Source: Phallusia mammillata (Eukaryota). Taken from it: a DNA stretch of 64,000 nucleotides. The stretch is taken from assembly GCA_965637545.1 (NCBI GenBank), contig OZ281501.1, positions 8,370,001 through 8,434,000 on the forward strand, read 5' to 3'. The notes beneath the pieces are model-generated. The model did not search any database. It had not been told where the DNA came from and worked only from the letters and a program-made list of their open reading frames with translations. Both the position numbers and the translations under genes were made by a program. Below, one piece after another: positions 24,201-36,425 of this stretch; position 1 is the first letter of the stretch, and each line of letters starts with the position of its first letter.

Positions 24201-27200
24201 AATTCAACAAACCAGCGTTACACAGAAACGAATATTTTGGGGTTTAAGGGGTAAAAATGGGTAAATCTTTTTTTAAGGTACAAAATTCTTTGAAATACCT
24301 TATATTGCACCAAACAACAATGCATATAATTCCTTAACAAAGTACTTTAGCAAGTATAGCGGTTTTAAAAATTTCATGTTTTGGGGGGCTGTGGGTGAAC
24401 CGAAGGATCAAACGGGGTCAAAATTCACATGGACCCTCTTTAGACCAATATCTACAACGTGTGTAAATTTGAAAAAGTTTGAACCATTCTTTCTTGACCA
24501 AAACGTGGGAACAAATCCCCGTTAGAAAAAAAAAGAAAATAAGAAAAAAAAAATATAGACCAAAACAATATGTGTCCCCTTCAAGGAAGGGGACCCATAA
24601 TTAAACATTTAGTGGCCCTCAGTGCTTGCAATCTTGAAATGTCCTCCGATAATTAAAGTTTAAATTATAAAGTGAAAATTTTACTGTCAGATTTTGTTTT
24701 AAGTACACATAACTGTTTCATGCTGTGGATGATTTAATTAATGCACCAATTGCCTTAAATTACACAATAAATACACTGACAATTTTTTATGTGCCTAGCT
24801 TCAATAATTTAATAAACCTCAACAAAATACATGCAATATATTTGGCATTTTTTGCGAATTTTCAAGTAAATAACATAATGGTTCACTAACAGCAATCAAA
24901 AAGTGAAAGATAAGTTCTAAAACATGCATAAATTGGAATACAAGGATTAGGTGCAAAAGCAATTGGAAAATTTTTGTTTTACTTGGCAAAACCAATAAAG
25001 TCTTCATGGTTTGTGTTAATGTATGAGATCTCGCAGTCTAGCAAAAAGTTGACCTATGAGCAAATAAACAGCACAACACAATAAAACACAAAGCTTAATG
25101 ATCGCTAATATATGACTGCAAAAGAGCTACACAAATAATGGTCCAGACCATATTTTTTGAAACTTGGTTCAACATATATGGCAGAAACTGATCAATTTGT
25201 CGTTGTTGAATTTGATAACATATAGGTCACAACGCTCAATTTTGTAAAATTTAATATTGGCACATTTGAAACAGCTGGATACCTGGTTTTGTGGACCAAC
25301 AATGCGGCTGATTGATATCTTTTTTATTGTTTTCAACCATTGCTGATAGCAATATGTCTGCTTTTATTTTTTTACTAAACTGTGGGTGTTACAGAACAAG
25401 TCTTTTTGACATTTGTCTAGCTGGTTTGTGCCTTAATAACGCAACTACAGAAAATTACTAAACAGGAACTTTATACAACTAAAAAGCACACTAAATTTTT
25501 TATATTTAACTTAAAACTAAAATGATTCTTCAATGAAAAAAAAACTACTATAGCATGCAAATCTCAAATTAAAACATATTTTTACTCTAGAACTGATCAA
25601 TTTCAAACTAAAAGGCATCCAACAATATTTGTGTTGGTGAAACTAATGAACAAGAGTGGTCTTGGTGCTCATTGGATTTTGTGCATCTCTTTTGCAGCCA
25701 TGCTTCTATATATTATGTCTAGCAGTAAACTTACTTAGCAAAGCCTATGAAGTCATCGTGATTGGTATTAATATAAGAAAGTTCGAAATCAACCAGCTTA
25801 ATAATCTGAGAAAACGTCAACAGTGGTTAAGAAATTTAAAAGCAAAAGCGTATCTGAATTAATCTTTCCTTGTTGGATAATTATACATTGTGATCCATGA
25901 AGTTGATTACTTTTATTACAGTACCATTCCTACAGGAACTGCTGGTATTGATTTAATGGTACATATTAAGTTTTTATAATTTCCTTTTACAGTTCAGTGA
26001 CAAACCAAAGAAATCTTATCGAGGGTTAAATTCTCACTGCAGATATGCCTTGCTACATGGAAATACTTGGAAGGGTTGTTTGATACAGCAGTATGCCTAA
26101 AAGGCCTGGTGCATTATATTATATATGTGAGTGTGCCATTAACACTGATGTTTATTACAGATCCAGGCTGATACCAGTGATACATTTACAGATTATCTAA
26201 CCTAAAAAATAATCTTTGATCAGGGGATATCTAAAACAAATTTGTTTCTGGAAAAGTAATGTACTGGTTATGGTGTACAGCTGGCAGTGGTTCGTAATAA
26301 CCCAAACATAAGAAAAATCAGGCTTTCTATTAGAAAACTTATAGAATAGGCAGCGAAAAAAATGGGCCTATGAGGTACCCCTGTATCAGCTTTCGAAAAA
26401 AGGTTTGGATAAACTTTAGTAATAATTCAGTTTAAAAAAATGTAAGGCTGAAATTTAATCAGTAACAATTGACAACCTGGTCCTTGGTGGCGTTTTCTTT
26501 GTGTCTGACATTAGTGCTGACAACACGATCTGTTTCTTCACGTAGTACAGGGTATCTTGACATCTACATGAACACAACAAAGTTAAATGTATCTCAATTT
26601 ATCCAACTGGCAAATAACATTATAAAGCCCAGAATCACAACTTACCCTGTCACTGCAAAGACGAAGAACTGTCATTAGCTCTGTAGCCACCATATCCACG
26701 CATTTCAATGCAGGTTCCTAAAATTTCAACAACTTATAAAAAACAATTTGCCAACATCTTCAGGGCAACAATCATCTCATGAATAACAAATGTAGAAAAT
26801 TTGTGTTTGATAACTTTAAAAAGCACAAATTGCTTTATTTGACAATTTAACCTTGCTGAAAAATGACATTCGGGCTTTTTCATTTTTAATGAAACTCATA
26901 GGAGTTGAATTAGTTCAGAAAAATAAACACACACCTTTAGTTTTTTGATTTGGCTTTTTACAATTTCCTCAAAAGCCTGATCGGGCGTAAACAGACCAGT
27001 TCTAATACCATGGATATTTTGAATTGTCACAGAGATTTCTTTTCTCAAGGTTTGTTCATCCAAGTCCATCTAAAAAGTAGTGAAAAATGATAAAGAGACT
27101 TAAAAAATACTTTAACGCTATTAGAATTAAAAACAGTGAAGAAATACCTAAAGTAGTATATGAACTGAAAACTGTCATCAATTAGGTATTCAATATAGAA

Positions 27201-30200
27201 GGAAATTCTTGTATGGTGATGACATTGTATGTAACATTTTAATTAGTGTGTGAAACTGTTTTCTGTATAGAAACTGAAAAACTACCATACAATACTTATC
27301 CCTTAACGTCTTCAATTAAACAGTTTCCATACAGTAGACTTAATGACTTCGCCTGTCTTAGGTCAAAATTCATAGCTGTGATACAAATCAATACAAACCT
27401 CTCTTCTCCACTTCCTTTGATCATCGCCAACCCTACTTTCCTGAAAAAGTCTTGGAAAAACCTAAACAAAAACTACTAAACCTTAACATATAATTTTTCA
27501 AAGTTTTCTCACTATCTCCATAGATGGTATCTGATCACACATAAAGGTCTGTAATTTGCACCCTTTCTACGCTCAGTTGTATGCAACTGTCAAGTAACAT
27601 GAAGATATCTGTACAAATCTGTATGCTAACAGCTTTTGTGGACTGCCTGACATTATCTTCAAAAGACTAAAAGATCGTGTTTGAAAAATTTACTCTACAA
27701 ATAACTGTTTGCACAAAAACTGCTAGTGAGAATCAAGGACATATGGTTCAGCCCATTTACCTTGACTAATTCATACGGAAATCTTTCATGAAAGATTCTG
27801 TTAATTTTTGCTCCTCCTGACAGTTCACTTGTGTCAACAGATGATCCAGAGCCCTCAATAAGTTGTTCAAAGGCACTGTTGAATGCTTGAAACATTCTGT
27901 AAAGCATAAGTGTAAATTATAATTATTTGGTAAAATTTAAACAAAAAATGTGTTCCTATTACAACATAATAGGGGTAAAGGTTACCAGAACCCGTTGATT
28001 AGATATATTTGTGTGGCGAAAGTAATTTGCAGGACATACTGCTCATTATGAACTATTTAACTTCCTCTATGGTAGCATTCATTTATAGCTTTGCTGGTTA
28101 TAATTAGGTCTACTTAATGCTATTTCTATTGGAGTCGTTTCAGTACCTATAATTCAACTGTTCACAGAAACACTAGATGCTAATGTGGAACAAAATCACA
28201 TACTTTACATAGCAATAAATTTTGGTCATTATGGTTTATCAAGAAAACTACATTCATGTTGACTGATACATTATTAGTTGCCATGTAACAAAACTAATGT
28301 CCTTACTGTAACATGGCTTTTGTTTTTCGTGCTGGGTCATCTGGTTGGTAGTTTTTATATTCTTCAACGTCTTTCTCCATATCGATCATTTGCTTCTGTA
28401 ACTTGCTTTGCAGGGATGGAAGTGTGTCTTTGATGTGGTTGGTCAATTGCTAGAGAAACAAATCCAAGGGTACATATTGAATGCAAATCTAATCTAAATA
28501 TAAATGTTTAACTTGGTTTGCATTTTATTCTACATTTGTAGGACAAGTGGATGTGGTTTTCATATTCTTTCAAATACAGTTAATTCACATAACATCAGTG
28601 CATGTGAATTTATGCAACATAAATCATAGGTATTTCAACACCTTTGCTTTGGAGAACGTTTGGTTTTTAGAGACTTTATGTACATGTTTAGTACCTTGTC
28701 CTCAAATGATATTTTAGTCAGAAAAAGTTCAGACTGAATTTAAAAAGTTCTGTTGTTGTTCTGGGTTTAAACATCCAAAGATTTTACCTGGTTAAGCACT
28801 TTTTGTAGATATGGTGTCCCGAGCTTTTCAGCCATGTGTCTGTACGAGTTGTGACTGAGAAAGAATCTACGTTCAGCTGATAATGCAGCTTTAATGTCTT
28901 TGTTGCCATCGATGTCTTTTTGACTTCTATTCACCACACCGATGTAACCTGAAAACATTGTCGAAAATTAGATTGTGATGGAAAAGATGTAAATTTTTGA
29001 GCATTATGTACAGTTTATAATGCAAAAAACACCTACACAGTTAAGTGAAGCACTACTATGAGAATAATTAATTTCAACAAAGATGCTACACTCAAAGGAA
29101 GCGTGTTTTTTATTTCTTGTAATGTTGTGAATAACTTTGTCAACATTACCAATCTATAACAAATAATTCATGATTATAAACAGAACTGCCAAAGATTTTT
29201 TTTGGTCAAGCAACCCTACAAATCTGTCAGTTGTTTTACCAAGAATTTCATGCTTTAGTTATTACATTTCAGTCGCATTAACAGCAAACAGCATTCATGT
29301 AGAGCTGGTTTTATAAAAATTATCGGTATTTTGATGATGTGTAAACATGACGCCGATCACAGCTAACTCTGTACCCAGAAAGTCGACAATCTTCAAGCTA
29401 CAGGGGAAAATAGTTTAGTGACATAATCAACTTGTTGTGTACTAAATGGTGATATCATACACCGCAACAGGAACCTGCTAATGGGCACCCAGATGACATA
29501 AGCAAATGTGCCATGATACGCAAGAGGCAAGACACAGGGGGCATAAGGAAAGGTGTTAAATCAATGATGTATGACACAATTCGGAAAAAGCACGGAAGCA
29601 TGACTAATTGGTTGCATGGTTGGGGTAGTGAGTAAATCTGAAGGGGCTCCTTTTTACAAATATACTTCCTTTGCACAAAAACACATTTGGCCCTAAATAC
29701 TATAAGCTCCCTTAGTGAATTTGAATTAAATCCTATTTGTTTCTTCTTTAACAGCCACAAAATCTGTAAACATTTTTTTACCATCCAACATGCGGTAATG
29801 TTTAGGATTTTGACGTAAAATATTTAGAAACATACACATCAATGACCATGCACATAAACTGCCATTTTTTCCTATTTGGACATTATATATGTTTTAAATC
29901 TTATAAACAAAGGCAATGTTCACAAACTGGCCATACACTTTTCTCAAATGCAACCTGTTTTAAGCAAATTCAACTTATATATCCAAATAAAACATGAAAA
30001 TCACAAACTTGGGGTAATTCGATGTACTGCTTTGTGTTGTACATTTACACCCAGGAACATTTGGGGTTCACAGGCAGTTAAATAATTAGTGAGGCAGTGG
30101 GAGCAAATAAAACATTAGGCACAGCATCGCCATATTGCCAAGCTGAAGTTTCATTTCAAATGACTCTACCCATAATTATTTTGTAAAATTAGCCACTACA

Positions 30201-33200
30201 TACGAAAGGCAAACCAGAAAGTAGAGGAATGTCAACAAGGTTAGATATAAAGCAATCGCAAAATGTGCAACACCCTTTAATATAGTTTGTTAACTGTTAA
30301 TTTTAATTTTACCTCTTCTAAGTGGTAAAAGTTTGTTTTCTAAAATTGCCCTGGCATCAGTTCCTTCATCCATTAAATCAATTTTGGTAATGACACCAAT
30401 TGTTCGCATTCCTGTGAAGATATAAAAAGTAATTAAAATCAGTTAATCACCTTTTTTATGGCATGTTATAAAACATAACCAGTAGAGAAGGTAAAACAAT
30501 TTTAAACACATACACACTATATGAACAGGGTGGGTTACAGAGATATGATTTTTATCGATTGTCATTTTTTTTATTATCTTGTTCCAAACAAACAGGTATT
30601 TTGTTGGTTCCAAAGGTGAAAGCAGGACAAGTTCACTGAAACAACTCAGCAAAGAATTCTGTGGATAATGAATAAACCAAAAATCAAACTCATTTTTAAT
30701 TTAGCACATTTTTTTGTATTTTTTGAACTTTTTGGTATTTGTTTTTTGATTTGTTTACTAATAAACAATAGGATACACCCTCAAAGTTTAAAAAGAGTTA
30801 CATCACCATTCCTAGTACTGTGATATCAATGATTAACCATGTGTGGTTACTAACTGTGAACAATGAAAATAATAAAATGTAACATGAAAGCAACTCCCAT
30901 ATTAATTCACTTGACAATTGATTTATTCCACATATAAAATGGAGTAAATCTATTGGCACCAGTACAGCAAATGAAAAACAACACAGACACTTTTAAAGTA
31001 ACTCCAAATGCATGTTATATATTACATATCCTTAAATCCTTAACACAGATATTGATGAGTTAATATAAAAAACATGCTATTTTTTAAAGAATGGAAAAAA
31101 AATAGTGGACTAATGTTTTAGGTATGCTAAAAGTTGTCTAGCTGCAGCTTTGTTTACAAAACAAACCTTACATTTGAAAAATTGCAAGTGTGCCAATTTA
31201 CCTTGTGGGTCAAATTCCTTTGCTATCTTTAGTGCATCAGAATTTGCAAGATCGGAATTGGCAGGAGAAACAGCAAGAATCAAGCAATTGTCTTTGGAAA
31301 CAAACTGTGCAATCATGTCTTTGATTTGTGCCTCAATGTCTGCAGGTTGGTCGCCCACTGGAACTTTCGTCATTCCCGGCAAATCCACAAGTGTGAGGTT
31401 TAACACTAAAAAGTTAATCGAACATTGTAATATTCCTTCAGTCAAAATGTGTACAGTTTGATATCCACAGATACTACGTGAAGCCTGGGTTTAAATATAG
31501 TCCATGACACTGTGTTGGATAAATTGTTGCAAAAACATAAGTCGATATTATTGTTACTAAAAAGGATAGTACTTTTTTATCACGGATATGAGGAATTTGA
31601 AAACGATTGTATCTAAATTTAGGATATTTTATTACAGTTTTGATGCAATAAAAACTTAAATAATAAGTAAAAAATAAATAAATAAATTCCATTGCAAGTG
31701 TTTTCAATCTAATCACACAATACAAATGAACAAGTCATATATATAACTTAACAAAGCTTCCAAAAAGATACCTAATCAATGGGAGAATAGGACAAAACAC
31801 TTTTATAACAAACCAAGTGGGCTTGGCCATAAAGGACAATGGTTACTAGCTCTATTGAAAAGAATACAAGCGTATCAACAGCTACCGGTATTATATGCCA
31901 TTGGGCAATGTCACAGGTAGTGAGGTACCACACTTAACCCAAGTTTGGGTTTATTCCTGTATAATTGTACATCATTAGCAATTAGTTTCTTACTATTAAC
32001 ATTGCACAGACTTATCCTACTCTGGAGTACAAAATATTTATTGCTTTTATTACTAGTTGCTCAATGTTAAACATTCAAAATCAGTTCTAAAGTGGGCTTT
32101 ATCAAATCTATTTTTAATCAACACTCGTACCATGTGGGGAATACACCCGGAGGTTAATGGGAATAGAACTGATGCCTTTATTCGATCCAGTCATTCTGTC
32201 TGTTTCTTCTTCAATTTCTTTTCGGATTTCATTGAAATCAGTAAATTTCTTGCCTTTGCAATGCAGAAATTCACCCCATTCTATAAATTCAGATAGATGT
32301 TGTAAATTATCTGTGATTTTAGGGTAAATATATTCAAGTCAAAAACTTTTTAGGTAGGTGGGATAGGGTGTAATTTTAGAAAAATGCTTTTATCACTTAA
32401 GTTTTACCTAATAAATACATAAAAAACATGCATGTTTGCAAACATGCATTTTGTACATTGAGAAAAACTTGCTTAAAAAAGTTACAATTACATTTGCCAG
32501 TTATCATCATATGCAACATACAGGATTTTTTTTTATTTTTACAAATATAAAATCACAGCATATGAAAGTAATCTAAACAGGCACACTGTTTAAAGAGCAG
32601 AAATTCATATCCCCTCTATGAATCACGATTTTTTACTGGCAGAAAGTTAATAAGTTGTCCAAAATCAAATACAACCCTTTGTGCTGATTGTGTGTTAGGC
32701 ACAAATTAAAAGTTTTATATATGCTATTTGCAACATGGCACAATAAAAGGAGGTAATGGATCAAGTGGTTTACTTATCACAATACCTGGCACGTGCAAAT
32801 TCTAGTTGTTTGTTAGCTTTTGTAACAATATTATTAGTTTACCATCTATGCAGTTAGGAAAAATACCAAAACAAAGTTGTTGAGTCATTGGAGCTTAAGC
32901 AATGACTCAGTAAGATAACAATAGTAGCACATTGCAAGTACTTTGTGCATCTAAATATTGATATAATAGAAATTTTAATACAAAATTAAGATGCAAACAG
33001 ATTCCATTGTAGGTGAAAGTTTTTATTTTATTGTGTATGCAAGCATTTCATGGCAAAAAAATTTGAATACTTGTGTACAAACTGGTATGGCGAAAAAACA
33101 ACACTTTTTAGATGTGTCCCCTGTCCCCCAGCTCAATAGATTGTAATATTTTGGGGTCGACATTTTTCTATGAAGTTTACATTCAAACACGGAGTCGGAA

Positions 33201-34136
33201 GTATAATGAATGTGACTCACCGCCAGCTCGCGACGTCATCAACTGGAGTACGAGCGGTCGTCTGGTTACAATGCCTGAACCTCGGGGCAGGAAATCTCTG
33301 AAAAGTGTACACCGCCAATTAAACATGGCTTACAATGCATTGATAACGAAAATTTCTTGGAATTATGATGGATATGTTTTTCCTACTGTAGGTTTACATG
33401 ATCATCTTTTTTAATCATTAACACAAGTTGGCAAGCATTATCACAAAAAAGCATAAATAAACTTGAAAAGGACCTTATTAGGATGTGTACGATGGATGTC
33501 CTTAAAAAAGACTAAACAATGTCAACTATATACAACTATTGTTGAATAAGGCTTGACTTTGGTAAAAGAGACTTTGTAGATCCAATAGCCAAGCCCCGAC
33601 TAGTAAAATTTATTGAACAAAAAATCAATGTCACAATTAGTCTGGATGGCTTTATTGTGATCACATGGCAGACCCACTTGAAACTTGACAAAATCAATAG
33701 CAGCCAATATGGCAGCTTGCATGTTGACCAAATTAGAGCAAGTTTTTAATTAAGTTTTTTTTTACTACCTTTCAGTACAATAGACTTATTTTTCTTACAA
33801 TATTTGGAACATCTGTCCACAACACACTTGATTCTAGCCAGTTTGTGAAGTAGTGTCAAATCTTTGTTAAGTTACACACAATTAACATACTTTCCAACAA
33901 AGTTTTCCAGGACACTGCTCTTCCCTGCACTTTGTCCTCCAACAACAGCAATTTGTGGCAAATCGATGTTCAAAGATGCACCTACAAGAACATGACATGA
34001 TGTTAACGATAAAATACTTCTAAATCATGGGTATTGATTTTTTGAAGGTGTCTATACTGCAGCATGCCAAAATTTCATGGAAACAAACTGTCAGCAAGGT
34101 AATTGGAAGCAAATACTCTACAGTGTTATTCAATGC

Positions 34137-34174
<38 letters not shown>

Positions 34175-34300
34175 ACTTAAGACAAAAAATGATATAAGAC
34201 GTATAATATTAAAAACAACAATTATACCTGTATGTGCAAAAGCATCTTGAAGCTTGTTGACCAGTGGGATCAAGGCTTCCATCCCTGTATTGGTCGTCAT
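15284..34300 (-). CDS. DNM: Classical dynamin (GTPase-middle-PH-GED-PRD), 22 constitutive coding exons, about 861 aa; pro-ortholog of DNM1/2/3
   Basis: Exons: 34300-34228, 33981-33891, 33297-33221, 32280-32131, 31405-31202, 30411-30313, 28948-28788, 28449-28307, 27896-27761, 27069-26935, 26717-26646, 26563-26477, 25805-25735, 22629-22575, 20812-20699, 20285-20155, 19712-19619, 18926-18756, 18564-18508, 18249-18139, 17706-17591, 15777-15589, 15332-15284. All are GT-AG, phases match and the sum is 2586 nt. Motifs: [40 protein letters not shown] domain [25 protein letters not shown] and a Pro/Arg-rich tail. Confidence 0.97.
16654..16824 (-). CDS. DNM: Candidate symmetric cassette exon in the dynamin PRD (171 nt, phase 2-2)
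   Basis: Splice sites catag|C AGG CCC...CCG AG|gttaac. Open in the required frame: [56 protein letters not shown]. Base composition is GC-rich and coding-like. Confidence 0.65.
18970..19293. mobile_element. Degenerate hAT MITE in a dynamin intron
   Basis: CAGAGATG...AACTCTG ends, a 6/8 TSD match (CCTTGACC / CCTTCATC) and CCCGA(A) subterminal repeats. Related CCCGA-rich remnants occur near 38740-38870 and 56435-56520. Confidence 0.55.
21453..21458 (-). CDS. DNM: Candidate 6-nt dynamin microexon (GAC ATG = Asp-Met) between the middle domain and PH domain
   Basis: Minus strand reads ctgcttactaactgtatgttgcattttgttgtgaccag|GACATG|gtaagc. Phase 0-0, lying between the ...GNQ and VIRKG exons. Confidence 0.72.
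23029..24600 (-). mobile_element. Helentron/DINE-1-like element, copy 2, in a dynamin intron
   Basis: Same termini and internal structure as 2244-4188, roughly 90% identical by eye. It lacks the nested hAT MITE. Confidence 0.75.
34140..34172. repeat. (TA)n microsatellite in the intron after the first dynamin coding exon
   Basis: About 16 perfect TA units. Confidence 0.95.
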
Positions 34301-35290
34301 CTTGGTAGTTTTGTCTTTGTTCCTTGTTAAAATATTTGTGCTAGCCTGGTTTACAAATAACACTCTGAAAAGATTTATCAAAAACAATCACTTAAACCTT
34401 ATGCTTCAATAGGCTTCATCTGATTTAATTGTTGTCAAGACAGTCAGTTTGCCACCAAAATTTAAGTTTATCCAAAAATCTCACAGTTTACATGTTTGAA
34501 TTGTTTCGTAAAATTTGTTGATTCTAAATCTAATTGCCTAAACCTGGAAATGTGGTTCAATTCTATTTTTATGACATAATTATTAACTTAACACTTGACA
34601 GCAATAAACACTATGTCCACATTCTGTGAATTGTGGACCATCAAAATATGTTAAACATTTTTTTCAGTCAAGGTTTTCACAAACACCAACACAGTAAGAA
34701 GTAAGAACCAATTAAAATGTTTAACCTAAACCATTAAATTCCATTTCCTGACTATAATATAGCTGTAAATATGTGACTGCACGCTAAACGTTTAAAACTG
34801 CGCTGATCGCTCTGGAGTTAAATAATGTGCGGGAAAACCATTTATAGGCAACGACGCCAGTATCAACAGTTCTAGTAGTAACGCTTTGAGGAAAAAGGAC
34901 TGACAGGTAACGTTCTATTTCGCGTGTACCAGATCCTATTTAACAATTTGAAAACGCAACATGCGACAATTTCGCCATAGTTGAATCACAAACACCTGAG
35001 TCTGACTCTTAGCTCAGCGACCGTTCACAAAACTGCTTCAACTTTGACCCGAAACTCTATTTTGTTCCGTCAATCGATAATTTCACAACGATTAGGGACG
35101 TGATAAAAACACGTGACGGTACTTCACGGCATGACGTCAGATTTGAAATCGCAGCTTTTTTACTTGTAATCATAGATACTACATAAATCGCAACATAGTC
35201 TATGTAGTATTTATGTTGTAACAATCATGTAAACTTCCATTGTAAATAAACTGTGCATGAAACGTTATCAGAATACTCGAAATAGCTTAC

Positions 35291-35466
35291 CTTTTGCTTT
35301 TGCAAAAAAATATTTGAAAACAGGCATAGTGGGGCGGGAACTTGGCCGAATGGCCTGGCGCGTCTGACCCATAAACAAAAAACCTGATCGGGTTTCGTCC
35401 CCGGGAGTATCCTGGGTTCGAATCCCGTGAACGACAAAGGGCAATTTTCAGTTCTCGGACTGCCAC
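35291..35466 (-). other. Probable dynamin 5'UTR exon
   Basis: A long pyrimidine tract ending ...gacaatcag| at 35467 and a consensus donor AAG|gtaagc at 35290. It would splice to the acceptor at 34365 upstream of the dynamin ATG. Confidence 0.5.
35335..35445 (+). pseudogene. tRNA-like remnant (pseudo-tRNA or SINE head)
   Basis: Pol III A-box TGGCCGAATGG (35343-35353) and B-box GGTTCGAATCC (35415-35425). The acceptor stem does not pair, so this is not a functional tRNA. Confidence 0.45.
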
Positions 35467-36022
35467 CTGATTGTCGAAAAATACAATAAAAAAACAAACA
35501 AAAAACAAGCATATTGTTAAATAAAGCTGTTTAAAGCTGTGTAACTTAAATACATATTACATAACTAAACAGGGTAAGCTAATCCCGTATTTTACAGTCT
35601 TCATCGTTACGTAACAATTCTGTCAGTGAACTACTCAACTTTACATTTTTGCTGCAAAACGTTTAAAATACTTATCCGCAAGGTGGCGCTGTAGTATAAC
35701 TAAAAGCAAAATAATGAGGTTTGATTTTTAACTAAAATAGAAGCATGTTTGACTCAACACATCGATGATGTCCCTAATAAGCCCCAATTACTAATGGTTT
35801 GGCTGATTAAAATCGTACCTTTTCCGACCTGACTATTCTACCTTTTCGATACATGATACGTCTTGAAAGCCTTTGGTCAGCAGTTTAGTAGTAGCCTATA
35901 GGCTATAGCTCTTTGCTGGGCGATTCCCATAGTCTGTTTGGCAGAATTACTTCGAATAGCGTTTACAGGTTAATGTTCACTAAGGTGGTTTGCAGTGTAT
36001 TCTGGGTTTCAATAATCTAGCA

Positions 36023-36425
36023 CAGGGTTTCCCCAACTTTTTTGATCGCGACCCCTTTTTTAACTCGTTAAATTTTTCGCGACCCTTCACGGATAATATG
36101 ATAAACAGTGCAAAAAATACGTTTGTTTTATTTATTGAAACGACTAATTCGAGCGAAAACTAAAAACAACCTACCGGTACTCGGAGTCTACTACTTTACA
36201 CGTCCAAACACCAATACCGTTTACGAGCCCGACGTTTGTTCGATCAATGGCGTCACTACAAGCGCGTTTGCGCTTAGCTGGAAACGTTTAAAAAAACGAC
36301 GTAACTTGAAGAAAAATGACATTGCGACGTTATACAAAGGTCAAGGCCGGGGGTGTGCGGTACTCTACGCCAGTGTATGCAGTACTTTCTGCAAAATTGG
36401 TACAGCTTTCTGCGACCCCTTAAAT
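36023..36425. mobile_element. Truncated hAT-Charlie-like end
   Basis: atctagca|CAGGGTTTCCCCAACTTTTT followed by repeated GCGACCC motifs. No matching right TIR was found. Confidence 0.45.

Noticed and set aside
25282-25342. Apparent duplicate of the dynamin ...GNQ exon ([20 protein letters not shown]|gtatcc)
   Set aside because: It starts in phase 0, but the upstream exon ends in phase 2. The only phase-compatible extension hits a stop, and the true exon is 22575-22629.
35335-35445. Functional tRNA gene
   Set aside because: A and B boxes are present, but the acceptor and anticodon stems do not pair. Kept only as a tRNA-like remnant.
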